A stretch of DNA of 62,349 bases, the filler included, from Basidiobolus ranarum (lineage: Eukaryota), in assembly GCA_040143965.1 (NCBI GenBank). It is 12 parts of 12 records of this genome, joined end to end, with 100 filler letters (N's around TTAATTAATTAA, not from the genome) between each part and the next. Parts side by side here need not be neighbours in the genome. Positions count along the whole stretch, not along the records: positions 1 to 5,116 come from JASJQH010001708.1; positions 5,217 to 10,330 come from JASJQH010001709.1; positions 10,431 to 15,543 come from JASJQH010001710.1; 9 more parts are not named here. One strand, given 5' to 3'. Numbering within the stretch: the stretch's first letter is position 1; every line of letters begins with the position of its first letter. The position numbers were made by a program, and so were the translations under genes. Below are positions 1 to 13,800 of the stretch, in pieces. The notes under the pieces are model-generated. The model saw only the letters and a list, made by a program, of their open reading frames with translations, made no database searches and was not told where the DNA came from.

Positions 1-1
1 C

Positions 2-472
2 CTTAACATTTGTGTTGGTGAATCTGGTGATAGACTTACCAGAGCTGCCAAGGTTTTGGAACAATTGACTGGACAAACCCCTGTCTACTCTAAGGCTCGT
101 TATACCGGTCGTTCCTTCAGCATTCGTCGTAATGAAAAGATTGCTGTACATTGCACTGTTCGCGGCCCCAAGGCTGAGGAAATCTTGGAACGTGGCTTGA
201 AGGTTAAGGAATACGAACTCAAGAGATCCAACTTCTCTTCCACTGGAAACTTCGGTTTCGGTATTCAAGAACATATCGATTTAGGTATTAAATACGATCC
301 CTCTATCGGTATTTATGGTATGAACTTCTTCGTTATTATGGGTCGTCCTGGTTTCCGTGTCGGTCGTAGAAAGAGATGCCAGTCCAAGATTGGTTTCGCT
401 CATCGTGTCACTAAGGAGGAGACCGCCAAGTGGTTCAAGCAAAAGTATGACGGTATTCTCTTGAACAAATAA
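2..472 (+). CDS. RPL11: 60S ribosomal protein L11 (uL5), 5'-truncated by contig edge
   Basis: The frame from position 2 reads [35 protein letters not shown]...[15 protein letters not shown]...[25 protein letters not shown] and ends at TAA. Confidence 0.97.
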   Translation, partial: LNICVGESGDRLTRAAKVLEQLTGQTPVYSKARYTGRSFSIRRNEKIAVHCTVRGPKAEEILERGLKVKEYELKRSNFSSTGNFGFGIQEHIDLGIKYDPSIGIYGMNFFVIMGRPGFRVGRRKRCQSKIGFAHRVTKEETAKWFKQKYDGILLNK

Positions 473-1565
473 ATTAGTTTCCCCTTCTTTGCAAATAATA
501 CAAAAATAAAGTAGCATGTCAACTTCAATTTACCAGTTTCAGGATATAGATTACACAGGGCCTTTTTAGAACTAGTTGTTGAATGGAACATTGCTGGTAG
601 AAAGACCATATATATGATGAACCGTGTCAACACATTGACAGCTCCCAAATCTCCGAGATTTCAATTTTAACCTGATTGTCAAGTAAAGTAGATACCCTCC
701 CCCCCTCTACCGGGTATATGGCCTTGTTTTCTGACTGGCAACTTGTAAAAAATCTCCTGGCCTCCAACTGATATAGCACGACGAAGATGACTAGAAGCAG
801 TTTATGATGATTATCCACTAATTCCGTTCATGTGTGATTATTGAGCTCTGATTTGTGGCCTGGGGAAAGTTACTATTGCAGTGATTAATTTAAACTCTGC
901 CCCTTCTCTTATACATATGGAAAAGAATACTTGTGCTTATACTGTTTAACTAAACAAAACATTAACATTTCAAATCGAACACTACAAAGCTTGTGATATA
1001 ACAGTTTAATAGGGCCAGAAATTCCTGAGCCATTCTCCAGAATCACGATGGTTGGATGCCGTCGTACCTCAAGAAAACTATAAAACATACTAAGTACAAC
1101 CCTAAGTTTATCCACAATTTGTCGTTACGGTGTGGACACAATCAGTTGCGAAATTATATTGTAAATACTCTCAAAAAAAACTGATGAGTTACACAATTTG
1201 TCTATAATTTTTTTGGCATGTGTCTCAAATTATTTTAGTGATCGTCTCATATATTTTATAAAATGTCTAAATGATATTTTTAATTCGTCTCATTTTAGAT
1301 TAAACAAGCCAATCAACGGAGTGAGGAGCAGCATTAAGTTACACCACGCCATTGCATTCAGTATATGATAGTCATATCAAATTTGTGGCATTCTGAGCTA
1401 TCAAAATGCCATACTATTCGTTGGTTGCTTTTACATTATTACAGAATAAGTCTTGTTTCTAGTCATTGCACGAAGCTCGTTAGTTGAAGTTTTTTGTGGT
1501 TATTCCATTTATTTATTCTCTGGAGTGTTTTTCTTTTCATTATCCGTCCAAGCTTTGAACTAGCC

Positions 1566-3853
1566 ATGCTGTGTCGTGTTACTAGTATTAATTCTGTATT
1601 GCCAAGCTGTAGAAGAAGCACTTTAGCATTGTTCGCTCGAGCCACTAACCATAGGCTTACTTTATGTTTGCAACGTTATTCGACATACAACTCAAAACGT
1701 AATAGAAAGAATGTACTTTTTAAACACTATCGACATATTTATAAGCGTCACCTTTTTTTGCTAGGTCGACTGTTTTCTCAAAAACAAACAGAAAATGGTA
1801 TCAAAGACAGTGCCGAAAGTATAACCCAGAGCATTCCGTCAGTTTCTAGCAAGAATGCAGGAACTTACAAACAAACCTTTTTGTCTACGAAAACATACAA
1901 GGCAACGAGTAAGTAATTCAAGCAATTCGACTTTTTCATTATCATTAAATACGAACTAATGTCAATGTTAACTCTAGCGAAAAATGTACAACCTAAAAAA
2001 CAAATCCCTGACGTCGATCTCGAGAAGCCATATTTTCTCCATTTACTCTCAACAAATTCGTCTGGACCTTCTCGTAACACATCAGATGGAGCCCCTCCTT
2101 TCAATTTTGCCCAACACGAAATGTATTCTCAATTTGAAACTGCAGGCTCAGGTTACGAAAATACCATTGAAGCCGGAGCTTCCAATTTTCAAGTTTGGAA
2201 TACGGTTTTAGCCAGCCCGAAAGCAGTATGTTCACAGGATTTAATATCATAGTAGTCCATTGTACTGATATCTTTATTCCAGATCACAAAACATTTAGAT
2301 GAGTATGTCATTGGACAAGAAAGAGCAAAGAAGATTCTATCAGTGGCAGTTTTCAATCACTACAGTCGTGTCAAAGCTAACATTCAGCAACAAGTGGAGA
2401 AAAAACAATATATGGCAGCTGAAAATAATCAAGGTTGGCGCAAGAGATTTATGTATTTATGTAAATGAATACTAATTATCTTTATAGCTCGCATGTCTAC
2501 GTATTCTAGCTACTCTAGTAACAGTCAGTCCTGGATCAACCCTAGTACCAATAATGTCGAACCCTCTAAAACTATTCCAAACCCTGAATACAAAGCATCA
2601 GGAGCAAACAACTTGCCCGTTTTTGATAAAAGCAATGTTTTGCTTTTAGGCCCTACAGGCTCTGGTATGCATTGTGTATTAATGATATCATTATCAGTTT
2701 AACTGATTTGTAAGTAATTTATGCAATTCTCAGGCAAAACTCTACTAGCGCGTACTTTAGCAAAGGTTCTAAGAGTTCCTTTTTCGATGTCAGATGCTAC
2801 ACCATTCACTCAAGCCGGCTATGTGGGTGAAGATGTAGAGTTGGTCATTCAACGTCTATTACAGGTAATCCCACAGTCTTTAATAAGTCAAGCACAATTG
2901 AGTTAACCACTTGCTCTTTAATTACTTAGAATTGTGATTTTGATGTTAAAAAAGCAGAGCAAGGGATAGTATTCATAGATGAAATCGACAAAATCGCCAA
3001 AAAACCGGATACGATGTCAATATCTAAAGATGTCTCTGGAGAAGGTGTTCAACAAGCACTGTTGCGTATGCTTGAAGGAACAGTAGTGAACGTAGTTGAC
3101 AAAACAGGTACTGCTTCGTCTGGTCTTAAAAACCGACTCGGTCCTGGAGCTCCGGGATCTAGTGGCAAAAGTGATGTCTACTCCGTAAATACCAGTAATA
3201 TATTGTTTATCCTGAGCGGTGCTTTTATTGGTCTAGATAAGATTGTTGTAGATCGATTAGCTAAAGGGTCTATCGGATTTGGTGCTGTTATTCGTGAATC
3301 TGACAATAGTGCTCTCCCTTGTTTACATGAGTATATGACGACAAACATGTCTAAACAACACGTCCTGGACTTGATAGACCCTGTGGATTTAATCAAATTT
3401 GGTCTAATCCCTGAATTTGTTGGAAGGCTTCCAGTAGTAGCAAGTGTGACTCAACTTGATGAAGCTGCCTTGGTACGCGTTCTAACCGAGCCCAAAAACT
3501 CACTTGTCAAGCAATATGAGGCTTTGTTTATGTTGAATGGTGTTAATTTGTAGTTTTCCGATTCAGCCCTGCATGAAATTGCTAATCAGGCTATCAAGAA
3601 GCACACGGGTGCTCGAGGGCTTCGTCGTATAATGGAAAACTTATTGCTCGATCCTATGTATGATACACCCAACTCCTCCATCAAACACGTCTTAGTTGAC
3701 AGTGACTCAGTATTATTCAAACGGAGTCCACTCTACTTCACTCATGAGCAAGTCAGTGAAATGGAAAAGGCTCTTGAGCAAGAGAACAAAGTATATGCTA
3801 CTTTTTTGGCCAGTAAAAATGGAAAGAAAGAGCATGACATCGCATTCTCTTGA
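1566..3853 (+). CDS. MCX1: Mitochondrial ClpX (Mcx1) AAA+ unfoldase, multi-exon, with an in-frame TAG at 3551-3553 (possible pseudogene)
   Basis: Arg/Ser-rich presequence from ATG 1566. Exons encode [39 protein letters not shown] (Walker A split by an intron), [47 protein letters not shown] and [15 protein letters not shown] introns include 1699-1764 and 2226-2282. Stop is TGA. Confidence 0.93.
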
Positions 3854-4779
3854 AACCTTCATATGTCGTTGTATCATAATGAGGCTATTTAGTGGCTTAG
3901 ATGATCCACTAATATTATTCTTGATTCCCTATGATAACCCATTAAGCTCGTTAATAGTGTATCTTTGTAGTTAATAGCCTCTCTTGTGTGTACTCTTGCC
4001 GTTGTGTCCTCAAGATCTCTCGCATTACCGAATCGACATTCGTTTGGTTATTTTGTACAGCAAAACTATATGCATTGCATTTATTACTTTCAAGATTCAT
4101 TCAATCACTAAATTTACCAAGGAATATATCAAGTATTCAACAGAATCCGAATAAAATAGTGAACATCATTATTAGAGTTTTATTCTGTGATGTCTGTCAT
4201 TCGAATATGAACGCCAAATCTCATATTTGACTACGTATATGCAGAGAAATATTGGATAATATACGGTAAATAATAGGGAGCTAGAATCAATATACAATCT
4301 CAAGGCATTGAATGATTCCTTTACTCACACACCGATGAAACGGTACTAGGTTGGCTCTATGCCTGGACAGCGACAGAGTGATTGAAGCAACGCAACATCA
4401 GGGGGATACATACTAGGATTCAATATTCCGAATGACGTATCCAATCATAGTACTCTATCCAAATAGATTTGTAATTGAAATACGTGGAACACTCTGGAGA
4501 TTTACCCCAATTATATCCTCTTTTCGCCGTTCTTCATAGAATTATTAATACCAATGGAGAAATTCGGATCAAACTATGTATTCATCACTGTAAAATAGGC
4601 CGAGCCTACACTAGATCTGATTTTCCCACAAATCCATATCTTTCAATTTTCCGATAGTGAAAAGTATTGCTATATCAAGATTCTTCGTTAGTTGTAGCCA
4701 AGGTTGAAGTCTTCTTTCTAATTTGAATCTACTTTGTTCTATCTATAGAATAGAACTATTTTACTGAGCTTGTAGAACA

Positions 4780-5116
4780 ATGACCTTTGATTTAATTGAT
4801 GATTCGAGTTCTTCCGTGTTATCAACACCCACTTTATCTACTCCTCCTGAATTTTCTAGTGAACCATTCTCTTCTCATTATTTTTCGAAAGGATTCCCTT
4901 TAGCTGCCTATACTACTGAAACTAACCCCCATTCTACAAAAGAACCACTTCAAGTTGAATGTCAGGCTAGAACTCGAGTTCCTACTCCTTATGGAGAATT
5001 TTTTCTCCACCAATACAAAAATAACCACGACTAGAAAGAACTCTTGGCTATTGTATTTGGAGATGATATTCGAAGTCCTACTCTACACGCAGTTAAGGAA
5101 GGGGAAACTGATATGG
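4780..5116 (+). CDS. RIB1: GTP cyclohydrolase II (Rib1), 5' part, with an in-frame TAG at 5032-5034; truncated by contig end
   Basis: VECQARTRVPTPYGEFFLHQYKNNHD*KELLAIVFGDDIRS...GET matches the fungal Rib1 N-terminal pattern (ARxPT...FLHLY.N..D.KEHLAIVFG.DIRS). Confidence 0.85.
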
Positions 5117-5216
5117 NNNNNNNNNNNNNNNNNNNNNNNNNNNNNNNNNNNNNNNNNNNNTTAATTAATTAANNNNNNNNNNNNNNNNNNNNNNNNNNNN
5201 NNNNNNNNNNNNNNNN
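5117..5216. other. Artificial contig spacer (N-run, TTAATTAATTAA, N-run). Repeats at 10331-10430, 15544-15643, 20754-20853, 25963-26062, 31171-31270, 36376-36475, 41579-41678, 46777-46876, 51973-52072 and 57166-57265.
   Basis: Identical 100-nt spacer with stops in all six frames; genes are cut at each spacer. Confidence 0.99.
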
Positions 5217-5482
5217 AAGATATTATCAATTATTCTCATAAGGAATTTACTTGGAATATTGACACCAACTTAGAAGTTCTCAGATATATAGATTTTTCAA
5301 AGAAGCCCCAAACTTTGCACACATGTTGCTGGGACCTTTCTTAACATATTCTACACGTTAGTTTGTTTACATCTTGACAAAACTATAAATGTCAACTGAA
5401 TACTCAATAAATCAATAAGTGAAAAGCACCAATTCCTCTAATTCTCCAAACCACTTCCAACAGGCTCCCAAATACTTTAACA
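5217..5482 (+). mobile_element. Partial Copia LTR (family B), 3' part
   Basis: Reverse-complement match to 41022-41298 and a similar match to 42333-42610; ends ...TACTTTAACA. Confidence 0.85.
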
Positions 5483-7316
5483 GGTGTCGATATTCTAAGT
5501 ATATTCCAATTGATGATAGTAGGTGATATCTTAGCGTAAATACCGACATAGTCATACACAGCTTAGTATTTAGTTTTTCTATATTGAACTATGGCAATTT
5601 CAATAGTGAAAATCTTACTTTCGTATAATGATCCATTTCACTTCCTATTTCCCTAAAGACTTTGACAGATCCGTATTTCTCCAAACTTTATTTTAAACCA
5701 TGTGGAGATTTGATTCCTCTTCTGGCCAACCCTTTGTATTTTAGTTTATGAACTGGACTATATGGTTGTTTAAGGGCATCAAAATCCATCAATGTTCCCT
5801 TCAAGGTCTCACCATTGCCAGATATGCAGCTAAAATTAGCTTGATTTTTCGGGCCATAATGGTGGCCTCAGATTCACAAAATTGAATGGACATGTGAAAT
5901 CAACAATAGCTTAAATGAAAGTTCCGGCTTTTCAATCCTTTGAATACTTGAAAATAGGATTTATACTTGTGAAGTCGATATTGGAAATATATGCGGTACT
6001 CATGCCCCCAGAATGTCTGTGAGAGTAAAATGAGCTATACTAGGATGATACCGAGTTCAACTTTCCCAGTACTGAAATAACTCACACATATTATAAAGAT
6101 ATGTTGTGATTTTGAGCCAAATGATATTTGACTAATAAATGTCAACTAACTTGATGTGGTATATGAAGTAACGCGGAATATAACGATGGAGATAACAGAT
6201 ATAATATCGTTGATCAACTTCAACACTTCTGGTTCCTAGGGATACTAATTATTTGCGTGGTAATCTCAATGGTGTATCGGAGCTGGCGAGCAACTAAGCT
6301 TGATAGCAAGGTACTGCCATAACAGAAATTCAGAGTGACTTAAACGGGGATGATCTGTCCAATCCAAGTAATAACGAAGAGCAACACTCTGAAATAGATC
6401 ACCTCTGGTAAATAATTCAATGAGCTAATAGTCAATAGACTCGCTAACATGATTGGGCCGAAATGGAGATTGGACGAACTTCATAGGAAGAGCTAACTGA
6501 ATGTATTACCGAGCAGAGGTATCTGGCATCGATTCAAAGCTTATTCCGGAATGATGAACCCTACAGTACATGGGATATATATATGATAATATGGATTTGC
6601 TTGGATGAAGCATCTGGAGTGAAGACATCTATCTACCCGACCTCACATCTGAACAGCTACTTGGTGCTTTTTTGCAGGGTTCATTTGTGGGGAACCCTGG
6701 ATTTTCGAGCCAAAACCCACTAACCCATGCCATGCGTCGCCAACAGTCGATAAGTAGCCAAGTAGTGTAGGACTACTATAAGGCAAATCAGGCCACTCCA
6801 TGATTTGAAATAACGCAGCATGATCTGGGGCCAGCACGCTTCATCAGTGGCTATTGTTATCTGCTGATTGAATTGGCAACTCTATCAAATGGATGAGGAA
6901 TCAAACAGCACCAGTGTAGAGATTTAGCTAAGCAATTAAGATTTTTACACATCACTAGAAATCATGGCTTAACAAATCTTATGATACTGCTTGTCGATGT
7001 GCAGAAGTGTAAACAGTGCCCTGATCTGATCATCATGGCAGACCCTTGAAAATTGTGACTTGATGAATATAGTATTCTTTCTTGGATGCATTTCTTCCTG
7101 GAATATCATATATATCGATTTGTTTAGATATTTTATAACTCATTGCATAAACGTTTCCTAGTGGTCTTGCAAAACATACAATTTTCCTCCTATAAACACC
7201 CAAGTCTCAAAACCAAAGAGAGCTTAACGAGACGCGACAAGTATACTCAAAAGTATACCGAAATTACGTAATAAGAGTAGTACAGCCTAAGCCAACAGGA
7301 ACATAACATTTAACAC

Positions 7317-10300
7317 ATGATTATTCTCAAACCCGACTGGATCGCCCATTTTGGTAGGTTTTGTTCATTAGTGCGTGTAAAAGGATTCTTGTTGAGACCT
7401 TTATTAACCGAACAACAATATACGCCTTTTCTCTTACTCTATAATCTCTACTACACTGATAGGCGACAAACACCAAAAGGTAAGCATATTTTCGATCGAT
7501 GTACATCCAACCGGAACTCATTTAGCCACTGGCGGAGCAGGTATAATCCACTTTTATGAGTATCTTCAAAATTTTTGTGGGCTTAATTAGATCTTTTCAA
7601 ATCCCTTTAGATGGACACGTAAAGATCTGGAATATGAAACCTCTTATGGCTGCTGAAAAAGATGATGATCGGGCAACAAAGCTCTTTGGAACTCTGGAGG
7701 GCCATCGAGGTATACACTCGTTTTGGAGCAACTTTAATCTCAATCTATACTGATGAAATTTCAACCGTTTTTTTTTCGTGTGAATTCCTCAGGTAGAGTA
7801 TTGTGTGTTCGTTGGTCGAGGGAAAAGAAGCCTCTTTTAGCTTCGGGCTCTGACGATCACAAAGTTATCATTTGGGATTTTGAAAGGTACATTAGCCATT
7901 ATTGTATCTCTATTGGTCACAGAATGTATTATTAAATATTAGTTCACAATGGAATAGTGAAAGCAACACAGACACGCCCTTAAAGTGGTCTATTAAAAAA
8001 GAGCTGTGCGGTCACTCTTCAGGTGAGTTTGATTCAAGTAGAAATAGATAAGAGCTCTGCGAATCTAAATCGGTTCCCAATCTACTTAGATGTCGTTGAT
8101 GTTGCTTGGTCCTACGACCACAAATTCCTCGCTACCTCTAGCCTCGATAAAAGCGTGATTATATGGGACGCGAAGACATTCAGTAAGTACCTATCAAGAT
8201 CTCACCAAATACTCCAGCTCTAATCAGCCCTGAATCCAATTTCATTAGCAAAAATACAGTCTCTGAATAATCACCAAGGACCAGTCAAGGGAATTACATG
8301 GGATCCTGCAGGAAAATACATCGCTACTCAGGTAGGTGTGGGTCAAAGATGAGACGAAAGGACCGGGGAGAGTCCGAGGAAATGCTTAATTTCAGCCGTC
8401 ACTAATCCATTTTCTTTTCAAGTCCGATGATAAAAGCGTCAAGGTTTGGCGAACGTCCGATTGGTCTATACAAAAAGATATAACAAAACCGTTTGCTAAC
8501 TCCACTTCTACGACCATATTCCGACGATTAAGGTTTGGGCTTGTTATTTCATCGTTGGTATTTTTAACTATGGCATCTAACACACCGCATAAAGCTGGTC
8601 CCCGGAGGGCTCTCATATTGCTGCGGCAAACGCCATGAACGGAGCCACGCCGGTGGCTGCAATTATATCAAGAGACAACTGGGATTCTGATATATCTTTA
8701 GTTGGGCATGGCGCCTCTGTGGAAGTAGTTAAATTCAATCCCATCCTCTTCAACTGCCCAACAAATCCTGAATCACCCAACCCTGAGAAAGCCGCTCTAG
8801 CCTCGATTTGTGCTATTGGAAGTCAGGACCATAGTATTTCTGTTTGGGTGACGCGAAACCCTAGACCCTTGGCGGTTGCCCAATCTGTGTTTCAGCATAG
8901 TGTACTTGATCTCAGTTGGAGTCCAGATGGTTTAGCTGTTCTCGGCTGCTCATATGATGGATCGGTAGTGATTCTTCAGTTCTCACAGCAGGAACTCGGT
9001 GTACCGGTTAGTCTGGAAGAAAAAGAGAACTTTCTAACGAAGTACGGGTACAAAAAGCCCAAGGTGATTGTACTAGATGATTCAGATTATCCTGAACCAG
9101 AAAAGAATGGACTTGCTAAGTTAGACCAAACACCAATGAATCGAGCTATGCCACTTACTTTAGAAAACCCCGATATTATATCTTCGACACCGCAGAGTGT
9201 CCCTGGAGAATTTCGTTATTCGGCTACATTGAACACACCTAGTATTAGCAACCTATTAGATACACCTAGCTCCAATTCCACGCTGAAATCTATAGATACA
9301 CCCAGCCATAATCCCAGTCAAAAAGTTACTTTGACAAAAGACGGAAGGAAGAGGATTCAACCATTGTTTTTGGGAGGGTAAGCGGATTCACATCTCTCTA
9401 CTACCGCCAGCGTGATGAATCATTCAAGCATACTCAATTGATTTTCATTGATTTAGTGTAGCAGGCTCCGAACAAACTTCCACAACTCTATCACAAACCA
9501 CAAAGGTAACACTTTCGAAATACACTCAGCTTTATTAGAGCTGTTGAACTTATCCCCATTTGAAAATTTAGCCTGTCGAAGCACAAAATTCTACGCAAAG
9601 TAGCACTGGATCTACTAATGACAAAACGGCCCCAGTCCAACTTTCGTCGAGTCTAGCTAATCATATTGGTGGCTCAGGTGCCGAGGAAACAAGCATTGAC
9701 CCACCCTCTAAAGCTACTCTAAAAGATGGGCTACCCAGTATGAATATCGGTATCAAGCGTAAAGAGCCGCCCAATGGTAACGAACTTAGAGGCAAAAAGG
9801 TACTTTACTCGGTTTGAAATGAAAATAGAACGTAAATTTCGAGTAAACTAATATGTTGAAAGACCAACGGGCAGACTGTAGAATCACGACCGATCAAATT
9901 GTCCCCATACTTTGGTGTCTCTCAAATTCGACTTGGCGTACCAAGAGTAAAGGCCCATATAGTTCGGCACAAACTTGGCAAAGCAAACTTCTCTTTAGAA
10001 TGTCACAACGATTTAAGCAACAGAGGTATTCATTTCATTGAGCAAAAGGGAAAATCTCTAGGATAAAAACTAATTTGACCGATTCAATGTAGAACCTGCG
10101 AAGATTTCTTGTACTACTCAAGCAACTACTAATTGGACCGACTATTTACCATCACCGGTGGTCTCGCTTACTGGTAACGCAAATTTCTGCGCAGTAGCTT
10201 GCGAAGATGGGTGCCTTTATGTATATACATATAACGGGAAACGGTAATAGTGCGACGTGTTGTGAATTCCTATGCAATATTCTGAGCATTCTTTCATTTT

Positions 10301-10330
10301 GATTCCATAGACTCCTACCTTGTATGATGC
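7317..10330 (+). CDS. HIR1: HIRA/Hir1 histone chaperone (WD40 + B-domain), many introns, 3'-truncated
   Basis: MIILKPDWIAH start; IFSIDVHPTG..LATGG; LASGSDD; DVVDVAWS; VKGITWDPAGKYIATQ; NAMNG; IGSQDHSISVW; Asf1-binding B-domain TKDGRKRIQP at about 9330-9365. Confidence 0.95.
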
Positions 10331-10430
10331 NNNNNNNNNNNNNNNNNNNNNNNNNNNNNNNNNNNNNNNNNNNNTTAATTAATTAANNNNNNNNNNNNNN
10401 NNNNNNNNNNNNNNNNNNNNNNNNNNNNNN

Positions 10431-10816
10431 TGGAGAAAGAGTGTAATCGAATTGGCCGAGTGGTTTGTTGTTTGGTCCGACGACATCAGCTCCTTTGACC
10501 AATGTCTGAGACTGGTTAGTCAGGATATTGCTGAGAATGATATCTCCATTAGTTGAGGTAATATAGGTTCCATCCTCTCCTTTGAGCCCTTGTGTCCACA
10601 CAAAGCTAGGGGATTTGGCGGTAAGATTCTTATTGCCATTAATGAAATCGTTCCAGGTAAACCGAAGTTTTTTACTTGCGGTTTGCTCTAAATCAGAAAG
10701 GTAAATGAGTTAAACCATCTCAAATTATGATCCCATAAGTTTGCTAGCTTACCTTGAGCCAAGGCAGAGCTGGCGATGACAATAGTGGCTATTATTAGCT
10801 TGCGAGACCAGATCAT
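10431..10816 (-). CDS. Secreted dipeptidyl-peptidase IV (S9B)-like protein, N-terminus only (copy 1)
   Basis: ATG 10816 gives signal peptide MIWSRKLIIATIVIASSALAQ; intron 10752-10688; then KKLRFTWNDFING...SFVWT..GEDGTYI...YTLSP, resembling the DPP-IV propeller start. Confidence 0.7.
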
Positions 10817-13800
10817 AGGAGCTTCGTGTGTTGATACTCTTACTTCGAATTAAAATCCACCTTATATACTTTTGAAAAATTGGAAATTTTCACTGGGAAA
10901 GAATCATAACAGCCGTAGTTGACGTTTGTTGGTTTTCCCGTTACACATATCCGAATCATCTAACATTTTCTCAAAGATGCTCGATTAGTTGGGTAGTAAC
11001 TCAACTGTCGAACAGATACATTGCTTACGATGATTCTGATGGAGAGGGTATTTCAATTTAAGTACTACATAAAGCAGCTGTTTTCAGGAAAAAAATCATT
11101 TAATTCTGCATTCATTCGCCTAACAATATTTTATTAGATATCGGAATCAGCGCACCTTCAGATTGCCTGCTCTTAGGCTTAGCTTTTGAAAGACGGGCCA
11201 AATATTGATAGACCTGTAGCCTAACTCTATCAATGGTGGGAAATTCCTGGCTATCCAAAGTATATCAAGACATTGTCACGTAGTACTCTGGCTCTAATAT
11301 GGTAATGCAACCGACTTGGTAATCCTCGAATATTCCCGAAGATCCCTGTTCTCTATGATAAACGCATCAGCTAATCGATTATAAGCTTCAACTGTAGAAA
11401 CGCTCATCGCTTGAATATTAGGATTTTTCACCACCCGCCCGATACAGGTATTCGTTCAGGATATCTATCTAAATTCTGGAGGTTAGAACCGCCACACAGC
11501 TTTGTTATTGTCGAATTCATAGAGCCTTTTTGAGCTCATGTCTCAATTGGTCCAAGGAAGGACCTGATTCTGCCGTCTTGAGAAACTCATATAGTGAGTA
11601 TATTTATATCAGGCCACCTCACATGTCTGATAGAGGATCACCAATGTATTCGTGCGAACCCAGCGATGATTCAAACCAAGTAGCTTATGATTGCTCACTA
11701 ATCCGGGCGTTGCTTAATCCAGATTAGAGTTTGATGGTGGTGGGAATTTCCAGATCTACGCGAATATTCGCACAAGTGATAATTCACACACCTGACTCTG
11801 ATGATGTTAAGCCTCGCCGACAAATCGCATAATATATCATGCGGTATGTGTTCTAAAAATATAGAGATCAGAGGAAATCGGTATACTTCTTCCACCTATC
11901 TCTAGCCGAATATACTTCTTGTGCTCCATCGATACTTGACTCATTGGTGTGGCTTGATCCTACACCAAAATGAGGTGATGCACATGACATGCTAAATAAT
12001 GGTTGAGCTGAAAACGAACAAAGATATGCACAAAGCATCTGATGTCATGACGCCTTCAAGACATTCAATCCGAACCTATGGAAGATTCATCTACGTGAAG
12101 TTCGGATGGCAGGGCAGGTTTAAAATCACCGTAAACAGGGCTAACGAATGGTTAGGTACTACACTTGTAATTGGAGCAGATGAGGCTTGTGTTCCTGTGA
12201 ATACATTCTCACCAATGGAAGTGTTTCAGATATGAGAAAAGACAACGATCAGTTTCTGAAATACGCAGCTATTCCGAGATCGACAGTCCCAAGTTGTCCC
12301 ACATATCTAGGGAATATATATTGTTCAGCATTATACAACATTCCAAATGGCGATTAGCTCATGCTACACAACATAGACAAATGGGCAAAGTACGACTTTG
12401 TCTATTTTGGAGAGCTCCGGCTACAGCAGATGATCTCAATCCCTAATCCCTACACCTACCCTCCAACTCTAGCATAGTCAACGAAGCTACATGAAGAATC
12501 CACAGCCTCTACAATACATTGCGAGGCCACATGAAGATTCGGTCTCCAACCTATCTTTCTGTCCCTATCCCTTTTGCAATGGTTCGTAGTGAAAACAGAG
12601 AGTGACGAAAAGAGACCCAATATTCAGTGGATGATAATTAGTACCAATGGTAATGCTAAGTAAACTTTCGGTGTTTCGCAAATTCGCTGATCATGAGGTT
12701 AAGATAGCAACGATATGAAATTCTTTTACCTGATGACCATATAGACAAGCCGCTTATGTGTGTGGCTTTAAGCACACGTAGTTGTTGACTGATATAGATC
12801 TGGTCTGGCCCTTTCCCTCAGAGTTTTTGAGAAGATCATCTACATAGTACTGAACCATATCTTTAATGATCCTGTTGCTATGGTAGATCTTCATCTCCAA
12901 CGCATATGCCCGAGAAACATCTTGTGTTCAGAAATCAAAGTGATGGCTAGTTTTTGGATAGAGTTCTTACCAACTCAGACAGTAGTACTTGAGACGTTGA
13001 TAGCTAAGAATCTATTTATAAGCCTATTATTGCTTGGAAGAAGTTGTACTCAGACACAGTGTAATAGTCTCTTCTATCTATATCGAAGTAGCTCGATGCT
13101 AGAGAAAAGTGTTTGAGATATATATAAATGAATTGAGAGCTTAAAACATATACTACTATCGATGTACCAATCTGCGTTTCTCTAATATTGCACTGCCCAC
13201 AGATCAGGATGTTAACTGCAAGCATGCATTTATCTCAGTTGATCCTAAGTCTTTAGCATCCTTAAGAAAAAGAAGTATGCGCACTTAACAACATGTTGCT
13301 TATAAACTATATCTAGCCTACTGGCTTCCACATATAACCAAGTAGAATATTATAGAATATTTACTTGTGAAGAGGTCCAGCAAATATAGTAATATACAGA
13401 ATTGGCGTATATTCCTTTAAAGTAAGAAGCAGCAGAATATATTGTATTCATTGCACTAGGAAATAAATATAAGATTATATTTCGGATGTCTCTAGCAGTT
13501 TATATACTCACCGCTTGACCAGTATCTTCTTCTAGACTAGTGTGCTACGCCCAGTTTCCTATAATACCTATTTTCCCAATACCAGAAATCCTATGGTGAT
13601 GTGTGGAAAGAGATAACGCAGTAATCTACTTCAAGTACAATGGTGCTGTACCATACAATATCTCCAAATGTAAGCACTATTCCTATTGAAATACGCTCGA
13701 TATATACATAGGCCATAGGTTCCAATCAGAATCTTGAAGAAGTTCTACCGTAATTCTGTCTCAGCATCCTGAACATCATCATATCAAAGTTCTGTTTGTT

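Noticed and set aside
800-855. Possible C/D-box snoRNA (ATGATGA...CTGA)
   Set aside because: Only about 50 nt, with no terminal stem or recognisable rRNA guide.
5600-7100. Relic coding-like sequence upstream of HIR1
   Set aside because: No sustained frame or motif can be identified by eye.
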